Position numbers and translations under genes: made by a program | Notes under the pieces: model-generated | What the model was told of the DNA's origin: nothing | What the model saw: only the letters and a program-made list of their open reading frames with translations | Database searches by the model: none | NCBI GenBank assembly: GCA_002633005.1 | Contig: NMRA01000026.1 | Span: 614,434-678,433 of the forward strand | Origin: Phoronis australis | Taxonomy: Eukaryota > Animalia > Phoronida | Length of the DNA: 64,000 bases | Reading direction: 5' to 3' | Part shown: positions 36,309-48,300 of the stretch, piece after piece | Numbering within the stretch: position 1 is the first letter of the stretch | Layout of the letters: every line of letters begins with the position of its first letter

Positions 36309-37823
36309 TTTTTATGCGCCCACATATTTATATGTGGACGCATTATGCCGTCATCTCCGTCCGTCCGTACGGGCGGCGTCCGTCCGGCGTCCGGCATCCG
36401 CTGCTCTATCTCCAAAACCCTTTGACATATGTTCATGAAATTTGGCACATATGTTCCATTCATAAATAGGACGGCATGTGCGAACTTTCGGACAGATCCA
36501 ACTACCGGTGTGCCCCCTAGTGGCAATTTTAGTTTTTTACGCTTACCTTTGTATCTTCAAAAGTCCTGAACGGATTTTCATGAAATTTGGTATGTAGGCA
36601 CCTATTAGTGAGATGACGCTATCCTCCCGTTTTCAGATGGATTCGACATAGTTTGCGCCACCTAGTGGCCATTTTTACTGTTTTCGAGTCTGTATTTTTG
36701 CGTCCACCCCTCTATCAACCAAACCGCTCAAAGGATGGTTGTGAAAATTGGCATGTATGTGCTTACTATAAAGAAGACAGCTGACAATGATTTTCAGACG
36801 ATTTGGATTACTGTGGCGCCTCCTAGTGGCAGTTTTGTTTTTTTTGCGCCTATGGCTGTATCTCCTAAACCGTTCGCAGGATCTTTACGAAATTTAATAA
36901 GTGTAATTATATGATGTTAACAACAGACGATGACGACTTTTGGACGGATCCGCCTACCAGTGTGCCCCCTAGTGGCAATTTTATTTTTTTACGTTTACCT
37001 CTGTATCTTCACAAGTCCTAAACGGATTTTCATGAAATTTGGTATGTAGGCACCTATTAGTGCGATGACGCTATTCTCCCGTTTTCGGATGGATTCGACC
37101 TAGTTTGTGACACCCAGTGGCCATTTTTACTGTTTTTGAGTCTGTTTTTTGGCGTCCACCCCTCTATCAACCAAACCGCTCTAAGTATGATTGTGAAAAT
37201 TGGCATGTATGTTCTTACTATGAAGAGGACGGTTGACGCTGAATTTCCCATGACTTTGATTACTGTGGAGCCTCCTAGTGGCAGTTTTTTTTTGCGCCCA
37301 TGGCTGTATCTCCCAAACCGTTTGCAGGATCTTTACTAAATTTAACAAGTGTATTTATGTGATGTTGACAACGGACGATGACGACTTTAGGATGATTCTG
37401 ACTACCGGTATGCCTCTAGTGGCAATTTAAATATTTCACATTGACCTCTGTATTTTCATAGGTCTTCAGGTGTATACTTTGTGTTACTTCGTGACTATGA
37501 AGGAAAAGTTCCAAGTAGAAATTTGTTTCTGGCATTCTAATGCTGTGCTAATCTCGTATGTTGGTAAATTTGTTTTTAATTCTATGTTTCTGTGGTGCTT
37601 TAAGCAACTGATGCATAGGATGTGCTTGTATTATGAAGATCACTCACATTTTGAAACCTAGCCTATTGAGGAGACAATGACCATGCCTTTCCATTTTGCA
37701 AAGTACAACATACTACATATATGCCCTCTACTGGCCACATTATGGTACCAATAAACAACCCTAGAAGGATACTGTATACGGTGCAATTGTGGGCGCATTT
37801 CAACGCTCTGCGTTGCTCTTGTT
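36309..37823 (+). mobile_element. Structurally complete Helentron-associated (HINE/DINE-1-like) non-autonomous element with an internal ~452-bp tandem repeat
   Basis: T-run, subTIR atgcgcccaca (36314), adjacent inverted repeat tgtggacgcat (36333), GTCC microsatellite (36357-36400), tandem core, 3' subTIR tgtgggcgcat (37788), stem-loop caacgc-tct-gcgttg (37801-37815), end ctcttgtt. Confidence 0.9.
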
Positions 37824-38143
37824 CTGAAAGTAGGCTCATGGGCAGACATTCAGAAAACGATGTTTTAAACGTAAAATGAAACCGAATATTAAATATTTGG
37901 ACGTATTTTTGGAAACTGTGTTAAACATTTTGTGATGAAGTTATAAAATAACTGAATTATTTTTAAAATAGGTAGCAGTAAACAGTCCTTCTGTCAACAT
38001 GGCAGTCCTTTGAGATGTATTTGCAGGCTCCTAACTATGCTTATGTATAGTAGGAACTAAATGACAATGCTATTTGAACATCATCTACGGTACCCTAAAT
38101 AAAGTGGTGACAACTTGTAAATGTGAAAACAAAAAATTCTACG

Positions 38144-38184
38144 AATGACCTTTGCACAAATGACCTTTGCACAAATGACCTTTG
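38144..38184. repeat. 15-bp tandem repeat (aatgacctttgcaca) x2.7
   Basis: Directly visible. Confidence 0.9.
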
Positions 38185-40448
38185 GGTGCTCACCTAACCG
38201 CATCGTGCAGATTCCCCAACACCACGTCGCGATACTTATAGTTGAGTGATTTAAGGCAGATCATTATCAACACAAAACTCGTTTTTAAAAACATTGGAGA
38301 TTTTCAACGTACTTCATGTTCACGTCGTCACTATATCTTGCGTTTCTTACTAATTTGACCAAGGAATTAGCATGCAAGTTCCACTTTAACCGGACTGATG
38401 ATCAGGGATGTCACCGAAAGTCGCTGAAACACGGTCCTGCTGCTCTGTTGCAATGTGAATTTTGTTTATACTAAAGCGTTAATATCCAAAATAAAATGGC
38501 TTCAAAACTGATCCAAATGTAATTTTCTAGCTATCTGATAATTTTTCTCGGCATACATGGGCAAAATTGTACCTTGTTTGGATAGAAACATATGAGAAAT
38601 AATTTTTGAAAATTTGGTCTTGGATGTCACAGAGGTGACCGTGGGTGTAGAAAATTCATGTTTCAAGGTGAGTAGGAGCTGTTTAGTGAAGAAGATAGTA
38701 ATATGAGCGAGTAGGGTACATCGCGAGAAATCTTGCGGTACCAAACATGAGGTGCTTACTCCTCATATATCCTTACTCGTGACCAAAAATGGTTATTTTT
38801 TCATAATTTTAATACACTTCGTGTTACTACCTTCAAATCAGTATAGATGAAGACGATAGACCTTTCTACCATTCAAACATTAAATATAGTTTTTAGCTAT
38901 GGTGCATATTCAGTGTACAGGAGATTAAGCGGGCTACCTGTTAGTTTCCAATTTTGCCGCTAGGTGCTCTGGTGGTTTTGGTAGTGCAAAGAATGGCAAC
39001 CACCAGGTAACAGCTCTGAGAGTCAAATAAATCTCATTTTGCTTCATGTCATCTAATGAAATAAGTTAATAATACTTTTTAAGAAATTCAGCCTTCAAAA
39101 CCACGGGGAATTATATTCTCAAATCACTAACTTTGTTTAACAATATGTTAGTATGGGAATAAACATTTTTTGTCTGTTTCTTACACGGGTCTGTGTTTCT
39201 TACACTCATCTTGTAGAAAACACAAAAGCGACTGAAAGAGACCTCGAGATACATTGATTTCCTAAAGGCGTCTTAGGAGTAGTGTGCAGTAGTGGCGGAA
39301 CTGTGAGAATTAACAGTGTATTTCATATGAATAGCTTACATGGAATGGATTATAAGATTGCGTGACAAATACAGACTTTTTATGAAACACTCAAATTCTT
39401 GGAAGATACAATGACAGAAATGATTCCAAGAGGTGTACTTTCAACACATTTCTAATGAATGTGACGACAGTCTGATACAGAAATAGGTAACATTTAGAAT
39501 TTTAAAAGCCACTAAAATGAGTCGAAATAAATGCACATAGGTTACGTACCATTTCACATTCTACAGCTAAAATTCATGAAGAAATGCAAGACGATCACAT
39601 AGTGTTCACCAAACAAGCAGACGTGTGGCCCAAGATTGTGTCACACCAAAGTTTCTACAAATTGGAGCAAAAATAGTGACCAAAATTTTTATTGCCAAAT
39701 ATGGTCAAAATTCACGAAGTGTTTTTTGTGGATAGCCATGCTATATTAAGTTTTCACATACCGTAAGTAAAATTATGTTCTTGTTTACTTTTGTTGATCA
39801 TATCAAATATCACCGTTCGGCCATGTTGTATTCTAATTTTAAAAAACTTCACCATAACTTAATTTCAGGTGAACGTGATTCCAATTGAAAATGTTATCAT
39901 TCAGAAAGATCCTTTGGAAATGAGACGCATAAGGAAAATTTAGGCAGCCTCAGGTAGAGGTTAACACACTCTTGTCGGCAAGTTTTGACACTTCAATTAT
40001 TTTTAGTCATTTCAATCAAAACTTTGTGATGTTTGTTGCATTATACGTTCACACAGCATTTCATCATGGAAAGTAAATTACGAATTCTGAAATGAAAGAA
40101 GGATTCATTCCTGCGTCATTCGGTCACTTGCCCATTGATGACATATACATTGTATATGGTATGAAATACTCTGAAATTTTATTTTTTATTTTTTTGAGGA
40201 TAATAGTTGTTGTAGTAATTTTGAATAGGCTGCTTTTTAACAGAATACATGTTACAGATGCTCTGCTTTTTCCATCTTTTTAAATGAAGTTTTTTTATTT
40301 GCCAGCATCCATTGGTGATGCTGTGTCGAAATCAGCAATAAGTTTGTGATAACTTCTTTGGTTTAAGTGAGTTGTTTGGATGTTCAAAGACAATATTCAG
40401 TGCTCTATATTGTTCCTGACTAAAACTAAATTTCTTCATAAATTCTTG

Positions 40449-40698
40449 TACTGTAAAATCCCACCAATTTCAGACACATGTAATTGCCAAAATTGCACTT
40501 TTTTCATTTTCAAGGTCTTCCAAAATTGTTGTGAAATGCATTACAATTTTTCAATTATATTTCGTTAGTATGTGTGATGCAGAACTTAGGAATGGCATAA
40601 TTGTCATTCTGATACTGTATATTATTTTCGAAAAATGACGAAATAAAATTCCACCTACTCCGCCGTATTGTGTCCTGAAGTGGTGAGGTTTTACCGTA
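40449..40698 (-). mobile_element. Full-length TA-flanked MITE family copy
   Basis: Imperfect TIRs tactgtaaaatcccaccaatttcagacaca / tgtgtcctgaagtggtgaggttttaccgta; TA at both ends. Confidence 0.75.
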
Positions 40699-42349
40699 AT
40701 ATTTATTGCAAAAATTAAAATTTAAAAAGTTTTTATAAATACACTTCTCTGAAAGAAGATATTGAAAATGCAACACAGTGCATGTCATGAATGATATTTG
40801 CACATGGATTTTCATATAATTAACCTAATGATCTTAGAAATTTAGCCAAAATGGAAGCTTTCAGGCTGAACATGAAGTTAAACATTCGTAACTTGGCTTA
40901 TTGTGGATTAATAAAACTGAAGCAATAACATGAAAAAATAAATCAATTACTGGACTTGCGGATTGAGTTAGCTACATTGCGTCCTCATCTCAAGGACTTC
41001 GGTAGGCCACTGAGGTGTCACATGACTCATCATGTGGTCGATAGCACAGTTTGGGATAGGGCGCTAAAGAGTATCCCACCATACCACAGCTTAGTGATCG
41101 TGCTACATTTAAAACTAGCTGAAAGCTACCTTTAGGCAATGAAACTACAATCAATATGAAGTTCATAAGAAGGTTGGCCTGACTTAAATGTCTTAATGGT
41201 GCAATTACGGCCATTTCCATGCTATCGACTCGACCTACTTTACTAGGGGAGTTTTACGGGCAGTTGTGACCTACTTTTCATTTGGCAGAATTTAGCAGAC
41301 GACAGAATAAAAATATCGGTGAATCTTCACTGTTTTTGTTCGAAAGATCCTGAAATCTTAATGTCATCGCACAGATAATTCAACTTTAATGTAAATGTCC
41401 AGCTTTACATGAACATATCGCGTCAGTGGCCTTCTTATTTGTCAGGCGAAGGCAAACCCCACGTGGGGTTCTTCAGATTTTTGCCGGCTTCGAAATGCTT
41501 TTCCTCGAACACTTATTTTTTCATCATCCCTCTACAAATTCCCACGTCAGTAACATACGATTCTCTGCTGAAAAGCATCGCCTGTTGTCTTTGTTGAAGC
41601 ATTTTCGGGTAGTGCAAAAAACACTCATTGATTCCACTAGGAACGTCATTTAGTGTATTTGCCTCTGACATCTTGTTTGTTTGTCGGGTGTCACGTGACT
41701 TTTCGCAAAGAGGCGGAGCTTGCGATAGGTCAAATACGTTTTTCCAAAATTGGTGTGATTTTACAGCTATTAAGCTTATAGTCTTGTGCGGGATAAATTA
41801 GGTCAAGCCATTTTGCGAACTGGGATAAATTGAGGTTAGCAGCAGTGAATCTTCTGTTTGAAGGAGTCGATCAACCCCAGTCTGTCGTTATTACGAACTG
41901 AAACGAGGCTTCCACCTCATAACATGAACCCAAAGATGGCGCTGCAGTGCACTCAGCTTTTTGTATGTGAACCGACGCTATGTCTTCTAAATAATAATAA
42001 TTTACAACACAGTATGGCATGGAAGTAAAATTTTATTTTGTTCATTTTTCATAAAAGATCAATAGCACCAAGTAAATCATTTATCATCTGATCTCTTAGA
42101 CAGTGTTTTGAGAAAGTAGGGGAATTAATACTGCATTCGAAACCTTTGAAAAAATGATCAATTTTAGCAGATATTTTTATCCAACGTACCTGGGATTTAA
42201 TAAACTTGATGCTGTCTATATTTATCTTGGAGGAAGTAGTGTTGCCTAGTGCAATTATTTTTTTATTTTTTTAATATTCATTTTGAGTCTGTTTCATGAC
42301 GGTGACTTACTGAGAATTCAGAATAAAATTTGGTCTTGTGTTCCCACTT

Positions 42350-43410
42350 CAGAATAGCTGAAAAGAGGTTTAATAATTATGAGCACATCATAGTCCAGAA
42401 ATAATTTATAGAAATTACCTCAGTAACTAGCAGGTACGCGGATATTCTCAGAGACCTTGCATTTTCGCTCAAGTGACATTAAATTGATTTTTATAAATAC
42501 TCTACACGTGGAGCGTAAGACCAAATTTCTAACCTGTGTCTTTCAAGAGTCGCTTTTCATGAAACATAATCCAGGTGCTTGATCTTTTTATGCTTGTCTA
42601 ACAGTAAGGAAGTCTGCGTAGCATCATTCAATGGGTTTCAAGTAAGCAATCGCTCAATCATTTTTTCCTCCACTGATTGGCCTCGTGTTTATACTGGCTT
42701 CAAGTTTATTTGCTAATTTGCATAAGTCTTCTTGCAGAGCAAGCGGGCGAGGGCGATCGTTTTCTACATCAGAAAGTCTCTCCATTGTTTTTATTAGGTT
42801 TTTTGTTCTTGTTATTCAATGAATTTCAAGTATGCATTTTCTCGATGGTTTATTCTATCACTGATTGGCCTAATGTTTGTGTTGGCTTCAAGTCTGTTTA
42901 TCAATATGCATATATCTTCTTGTGGAGTCAGGATACTTCAGTTTTCTTAATTAAAAAGTCTATTCACTTGTGTCTTTCCTTAGTTTTATTGTATTAGTTG
43001 AGGTTGACTGACAACTCTGTCAATTTCCGTAATGTTCTGTCAGCATAAGTTTGGGTTTATGTGCATATGTGATCCCAAAGCTTGGGATGTGACACCCACT
43101 ATCTAAACCCTCCAGAGCTTTGTTTGAAATCTAGTGGGAAATTTAATGTATTATAATTATTTATTTGATAAATTCCTGCTGGGCGGTTTTAAGACAGCTT
43201 CCACGCCTAATTAAAAGTGATTTAAAACTAGTCAGACTCTTGGTCTTGCGTTACAAACAATTATTTCTAAAAAGGGATTGAATCTCCCTTGCGCAATATG
43301 CAGTCTCGGAAATTATACACGGAACTGCTAGTTAGTGAGATAATTTCCATAAATTATTTCTGGACTGATGCGCTCCTAATTATATGGATAAACCTTTTTC
43401 AACAATTAGA
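42350..43410. mobile_element. Old fold-back element with ~180-bp diverged inverted arms
   Basis: agtccagaaataatttatagaaattacctcagtaactagcag (~42392) is the inverted complement of ctgctagttagtgagataatttccataaattatttctggact (~43325); internal duplicated block at 42671 and 42859. Confidence 0.7.
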
Positions 43411-43599
43411 TTGTTCCTAACTGAAGATTTTTTACCATAGTCGGATCGCGATGTCAATGACAGGACCACTTGATTTGCGAACAATCATGTTGACTGTGGC
43501 ACTCTCTGTTGACTATTTCACTTTTCAATAAGACATTCTTTTTCCGTCAGTATTTGGTGAAATGACAACCAATATTGCCTTAACAAAGGTTTGTAGTGG

Positions 43600-44260
43600 G
43601 AATGTGCCAACACCAGTCGATTTTTAACAGTTTTTTCTTCCATGGCAACCCCTGTTGGCTGTTTTAGTCTTCCATAAGAAATTTCTGTTCTGTCAAACCT
43701 TGTTGCGGAGATTTGTGGCGGGAATGTGCAAGCTGTAGTTGGTTGATTTTTTAATACATTTAACTGTTGTGGCACCCCCTGTTGGCGGTTGTTTTTGGTC
43801 AGAAATTTTTTCTCCGTGAATGTTTGGCGAAAGGACTTGGTGAATTTTGTTGAAAGGACTCTACTTAATTTGCCGAAATATGCAGTGGCATATGGTGTGC
43901 CAATGCTCTGGCAACAGTCGCTTTTTGGACGGAGTTGACTACTGTGTTCTACTGACACCCCGTTATTGGAAATGTTAATTTTTGACCTGACTTTCCTTGT
44001 CTGTTGATTGTCATTTCGTCTTAACAAATTTGATGAAACTTAACACATGGGTTCGTGTATGGGCTACGCCAGCACCAGATGATTTTCAAATGGATTCCAC
44101 TACTATGGCACCCTCTGTTGGCCATTTTAGTTTTTGACAAGATGTTGCTTGTCCGTCATTTATAGTCAACACTGCATGACAGAGGTCCATGAAACTCATC
44201 GCACTGTCTTCGCTAAGTGGCCAAGTGAACCTGCTGGGGAAAATGGTTAATGTTTTAAAA
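43600..44260 (+). repeat. Highly diverged HINE-like tandem core remnant
   Basis: cc(c/t)ctgttggc motifs at ~43648, 43774 and 44111, with tgaaac/tgaaat blocks echoing the 36.3-kb element subunits. Confidence 0.45.
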
Positions 44261-45249
44261 ATTGAGTAATGCATTGTGTAATAAATCAAAGAGGACATGA
44301 TGTTTTTCTGTGTGGACCTTTGGGTATCAGTAATGAGAACAACCAGCGGAGTGGAGCTAATTTGATTCTACTGCAGTCATGCACGGTTCTACGTTTTTCC
44401 GTAATTTAATTTAATCGAAACTCAGACAACGTCTGTGAAGGCCTTATGTTGGATCCCAATTTTGGTAGGTTGTAGGAAATAACACTTCTAGAAATGTTCA
44501 GTTTCATTTGTTGTCTTACCCTATCTTCCGTTGATAAAACCTCCACTGGTGTATCTTTATCAACTCGTGTGCCGCACAGTAAGCTAAAGAACGTTATCCA
44601 TTGTGTGTCACTGGTGGCGCCTTAATATGCGCGTAGTTCCACCAGAGAGCCATGAGCTATTGCTAGGCTGTGCTCACCTTATTTGAACAAAGTGTTTGGT
44701 TTCTGTTTAGATGAATGAGTGCAGTACAAAAGTAATTACCAAAACCTTCATTTTTTTCAACTTTCAAATGCTAATTATATTTTTGGAAATGATCTTTTAG
44801 TGAAATTTATAAAAAAGAAAGGTAGTGCATTCTTCACAGTGCAACAGTGGTATCACAAACACGATTAAATTTCGTTTTATGCTAATGTTTTAGGTGAAAT
44901 CTCGAAAACTTTGTTCCAGTTTTCCAAATTAATATTTTGTTTCCATTTTGTGCAACTTTTTGAGTTTTTCCATGAAAATCTTAAAAATCCTATTTTTGAT
45001 AAGAACAATTTAAAAACGATTCCTAATAGTGTTATAAAGAACAATACGTAAAGTGTGGTACCTGAAAGTTTCATTCAAACCTGACCAGCCATTTCCGAGA
45101 TGTGGTGTTCTGTTTGGAATGTGGTCAAATTTTTTATTAATTTAATATCAACTCATAAGAGGCATGGAGACTGTATATTTTTAACAAGAGGCACAAGATT
45201 GCTTTGCAAATTTTGGTGGAATAGTTTTCCATTTCAGAGAGCCTGTTCA

Positions 45250-45351
45250 CGAAATTACACATTTTGAAACGAAATTACACATTTTGAAGCGAAATTACAC
45301 ATTTTGAAATGAAATTACACCTTTTGAAACAAAATTACACATTTTGAAACG
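45250..45351. repeat. 20-bp minisatellite (cgaaattacacattttgaaa) x5
   Basis: Directly visible. Confidence 0.97.
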
Positions 45352-45624
45352 GAGGTGCCAGATGTCTTTGGTGGCAGCTTTCACTTTCTCCATGCTGAGC
45401 ACTGTTATCAAGAATTTTGTTGAAGGTTAGGGTTCATTCAATCTCAAGGCAATTGCCCTTGTTGACACCAAACTAGATTCATGCTAGAAACAGATGTTTC
45501 CTTGGTCAGGCTATGAAAAATGGAAAAGAGGAAACTTTTGACAGTTGTTTATATACAAAGAAACTGAAAAGTTACTGAAAATTACCCTATCTTCCTGATA
45601 GAGTACAGAAGGAGAGGGGGGGGG

Positions 45625-45801
45625 NNNNNNNNNNNNNNNNNNNNNNNNNNNNNNNNNNNNNNNNNNNNNNNNNNNNNNNNNNNNNNNNNNNNNNNNNNNN
45701 NNNNNNNNNNNNNNNNNNNNNNNNNNNNNNNNNNNNNNNNNNNNNNNNNNNNNNNNNNNNNNNNNNNNNNNNNNNNNNNNNNNNNNNNNNNNNNNNNNNN
45801 N
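45625..45801. other. Assembly gap (N run) flanked by poly-G
   Basis: Ns in sequence. Confidence 1.
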
Positions 45802-46544
45802 AGGGGGGGGGGGCTGCAAATGTGATGAACTAGTTGCAGGTAGAATCCTCTTTCTGATATTGACAAATTTATTAAAGTGTGTTTGTAATGCCTGTGTATT
45901 CTTCATTTCTGGGCGTTTAAGAGATTGAATCTTTAAATTGAACATTGTTCTTCGAATTAAAATGATTTTTAGCATTGAGTTCAGTAATAACAAATTAGTA
46001 AATAATTTTACAAATTAATTGTATTTTGACAAATAATACAAAAGTGGTTTCTCTTTTAAATCTGCGTAAAATTCCAACTGCTTTCCAAAAAAGAAACTTG
46101 GTAATTTTAGTTTTTAACCCTAACGAAACTCAGATGTCAATTTGTTTTATGTTCTGGTGATGAAAAATGATTCTGGACTTCCAAAGATCTGACAGCGACA
46201 AGCCATTAAGAAAGAAATTGAACATAAAGGACATAATTCTTTCCAAGCTAAGAGATCACTTCTGGTTTTACGGCCACCCAAGACGGAGAGCTGCGCGCCT
46301 TGAATGCAAAATGTGCTCTGTTTACAGCTCATGTTTAAGGCAAACTGAACCTTGAAGGGTTTGTCTCGCAAATTGGCGAAGCAGTTGTCCTCACTTGTTG
46401 GATTTCTTTTGAAATTACCTGGCGAGCATGAATACGTACAGTGTGGGAGTTAGGTGAACTAAGTGCTTTGCCGACTATCTTCGGTATTCCATGAAAATTA
46501 GTTATTGCATTTCCTGACAATAATAAATCTCTCTCACTGGTTCT

Positions 46545-46740
46545 TAGACCTTAATCACGCAGTCGCCATTTTAATAGTGAGCCTCTTTTTAGGTTTAAAA
46601 AACAATGCATTTGAGACACAAATATAACGAGGCACGCGAAAAAAATCACGCTTTGTGCTGTGGTTAAGCGCAGAATACATTGTTTTTAAAACCTAAAAAG
46701 AGGCTCACTTTTAAAATGGCGACTGCATGATTAAGGTGCA
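46545..46740. mobile_element. ~195-bp hairpin MITE with ~62-bp TIRs
   Basis: accttaatcacgcagtcgccattttaatagtgagcctctttttaggttt... pairs with ...aaacctaaaaagaggctcacttttaaaatggcgactgcatgattaaggt. Confidence 0.85.
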
Positions 46741-48272
46741 TTGTACCCTGTGTATTCTACATTTTATCTGGTCTAAACTACGTTAGATCACAAGTCAGTA
46801 ATCATTTTGTATCACTCTTCAGGTAATAATTACATGAAGTGAATGTCACTTACGGCAGGCAGCTCGGCTCATTGCTATCGGTCCTTAAATAAGGAAAAAT
46901 TAACTAAAACCTGTTGAAGAAAAGAAACTGGTCAAAATCAAGTGTTTTGTCAGGATGGTTTGTATCTGCGTGAAGTATACTGCAACCTCAATAAAGTGTA
47001 CTGTGTCGATTTACTAGGCTTGGGTGAATAGCAAAATCCACTTTATTGAAAGGTATGTGTTCCACATATACTTCTGATGCCTGAAATTGTTGTGTCAATT
47101 ATCATAATGTATGTTAAGTGTTATTGATAAATGTTCGCACTTTTCAACAGATGTTGTAGAATCTGGATACATGAGGTATCAAGTACATGGGATTGGTCAA
47201 ATTTCAGTTAATTATTGTGTTCAAGATGACACGTAAAAAAGGCTGTTATAGTTTTCTAAATTATCATTTATTTTCATTTTGTGCAACTGTTGCATGTTTC
47301 CTTAAACATCATAAAAGTCATAGATTTAAAGCCCCTAATGCAAAAGTGGAAAATTTTTAAAAAAGCGTTTTGAAAAACAGCGCGTAAAACGTAGTAGGTG
47401 AAAGTTTGTATAAATCCGATCAGCAGCTTCTGAGATATGATGTTCCAAAGTTATTTAAATTTGGACATTTTTATCTGGTCCCACACAACCTTAAAGCATT
47501 GCTCTGTTCACTACTTAGAATAACGACCAGCTTTTGCATCTGTAAGCGGTGTCCATGTTGGGTGAATATCACCGGATCACGTTGATCTTGTATACTCTCT
47601 AACCTAGTCAAACAATCAGTTAAAGTCCTTCTTGCAAACTGCCCATGTGGTTCCAGTATCCGAAAGTACTTACTACATAAATTCTTATTTTTGACACCCT
47701 TTCTTTATATTCTTTTCACCTTTCTTGCCAAAAGCGATTTTTTAACAGTATTTGACCCTTCTCTCCGAGCGTATGATTGCCGGTTGTCATCGGTTTTTTC
47801 CGTACCCACATAATTCCGGCTCATCAGTTCAGGAACTTGTCCTGAACGCCGCCTTTTTTTCTTTTAACTGAATGTGCTATGGCTTGCTCGAAAAGTCTTC
47901 GTTATTTTGTTTTATTAGTAATATCTCGTGATTCGTTTGCATATGTAGTGTATTTATAGTTTGTAGTTAGTGGTCATTGATTTTTTTGGAATGTTACGCG
48001 TACTTAGTATGTTAAAATAGCATTGGTGTTTAGTTCCTTACGTAGGCGGGTCGAACCTAGGAACCAATATGGGTCGAACCAATTTTTTTCGGTTTTATTT
48101 TTTGTTTTTGTTTTGAAAAAGTACTTTGCTATCATCGGAAAGGTAGTACATTCTACTCAGTAAAAATCGAAAAAGTATCAAAATCGGGGCAAGCACTGTA
48201 AAGTTATTGCAAGTTTTGTGGCGAAATTTGGGTCACTTTGTTTGGATCGCGTCGGCCATATTGGAGGACAGC

Positions 48273-48300
48273 NNNNNNNNNNNNNNNNNNNNNNNNNNNN
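48273..48300. other. Assembly gap (28 N)
   Basis: Ns in sequence. Confidence 1.

Noticed and set aside
36095-37339. ORFs within the Helentron-like element
   Set aside because: No Rep or helicase motifs; non-coding tandem repeat.
38144-38184. Triple TGACCTTTG nuclear-receptor-like half sites
   Set aside because: Fully explained by a simple 15-bp tandem duplication; no independent support for function.
43518-44027. Longest ORF in the track (169 aa, minus strand)
   Set aside because: Lies over a degenerate tandem-repeat remnant; no recognisable domain.
45511-45993. ORFs spanning the N gap (likewise 48233-48451)
   Set aside because: Open only because Ns hide stop codons.
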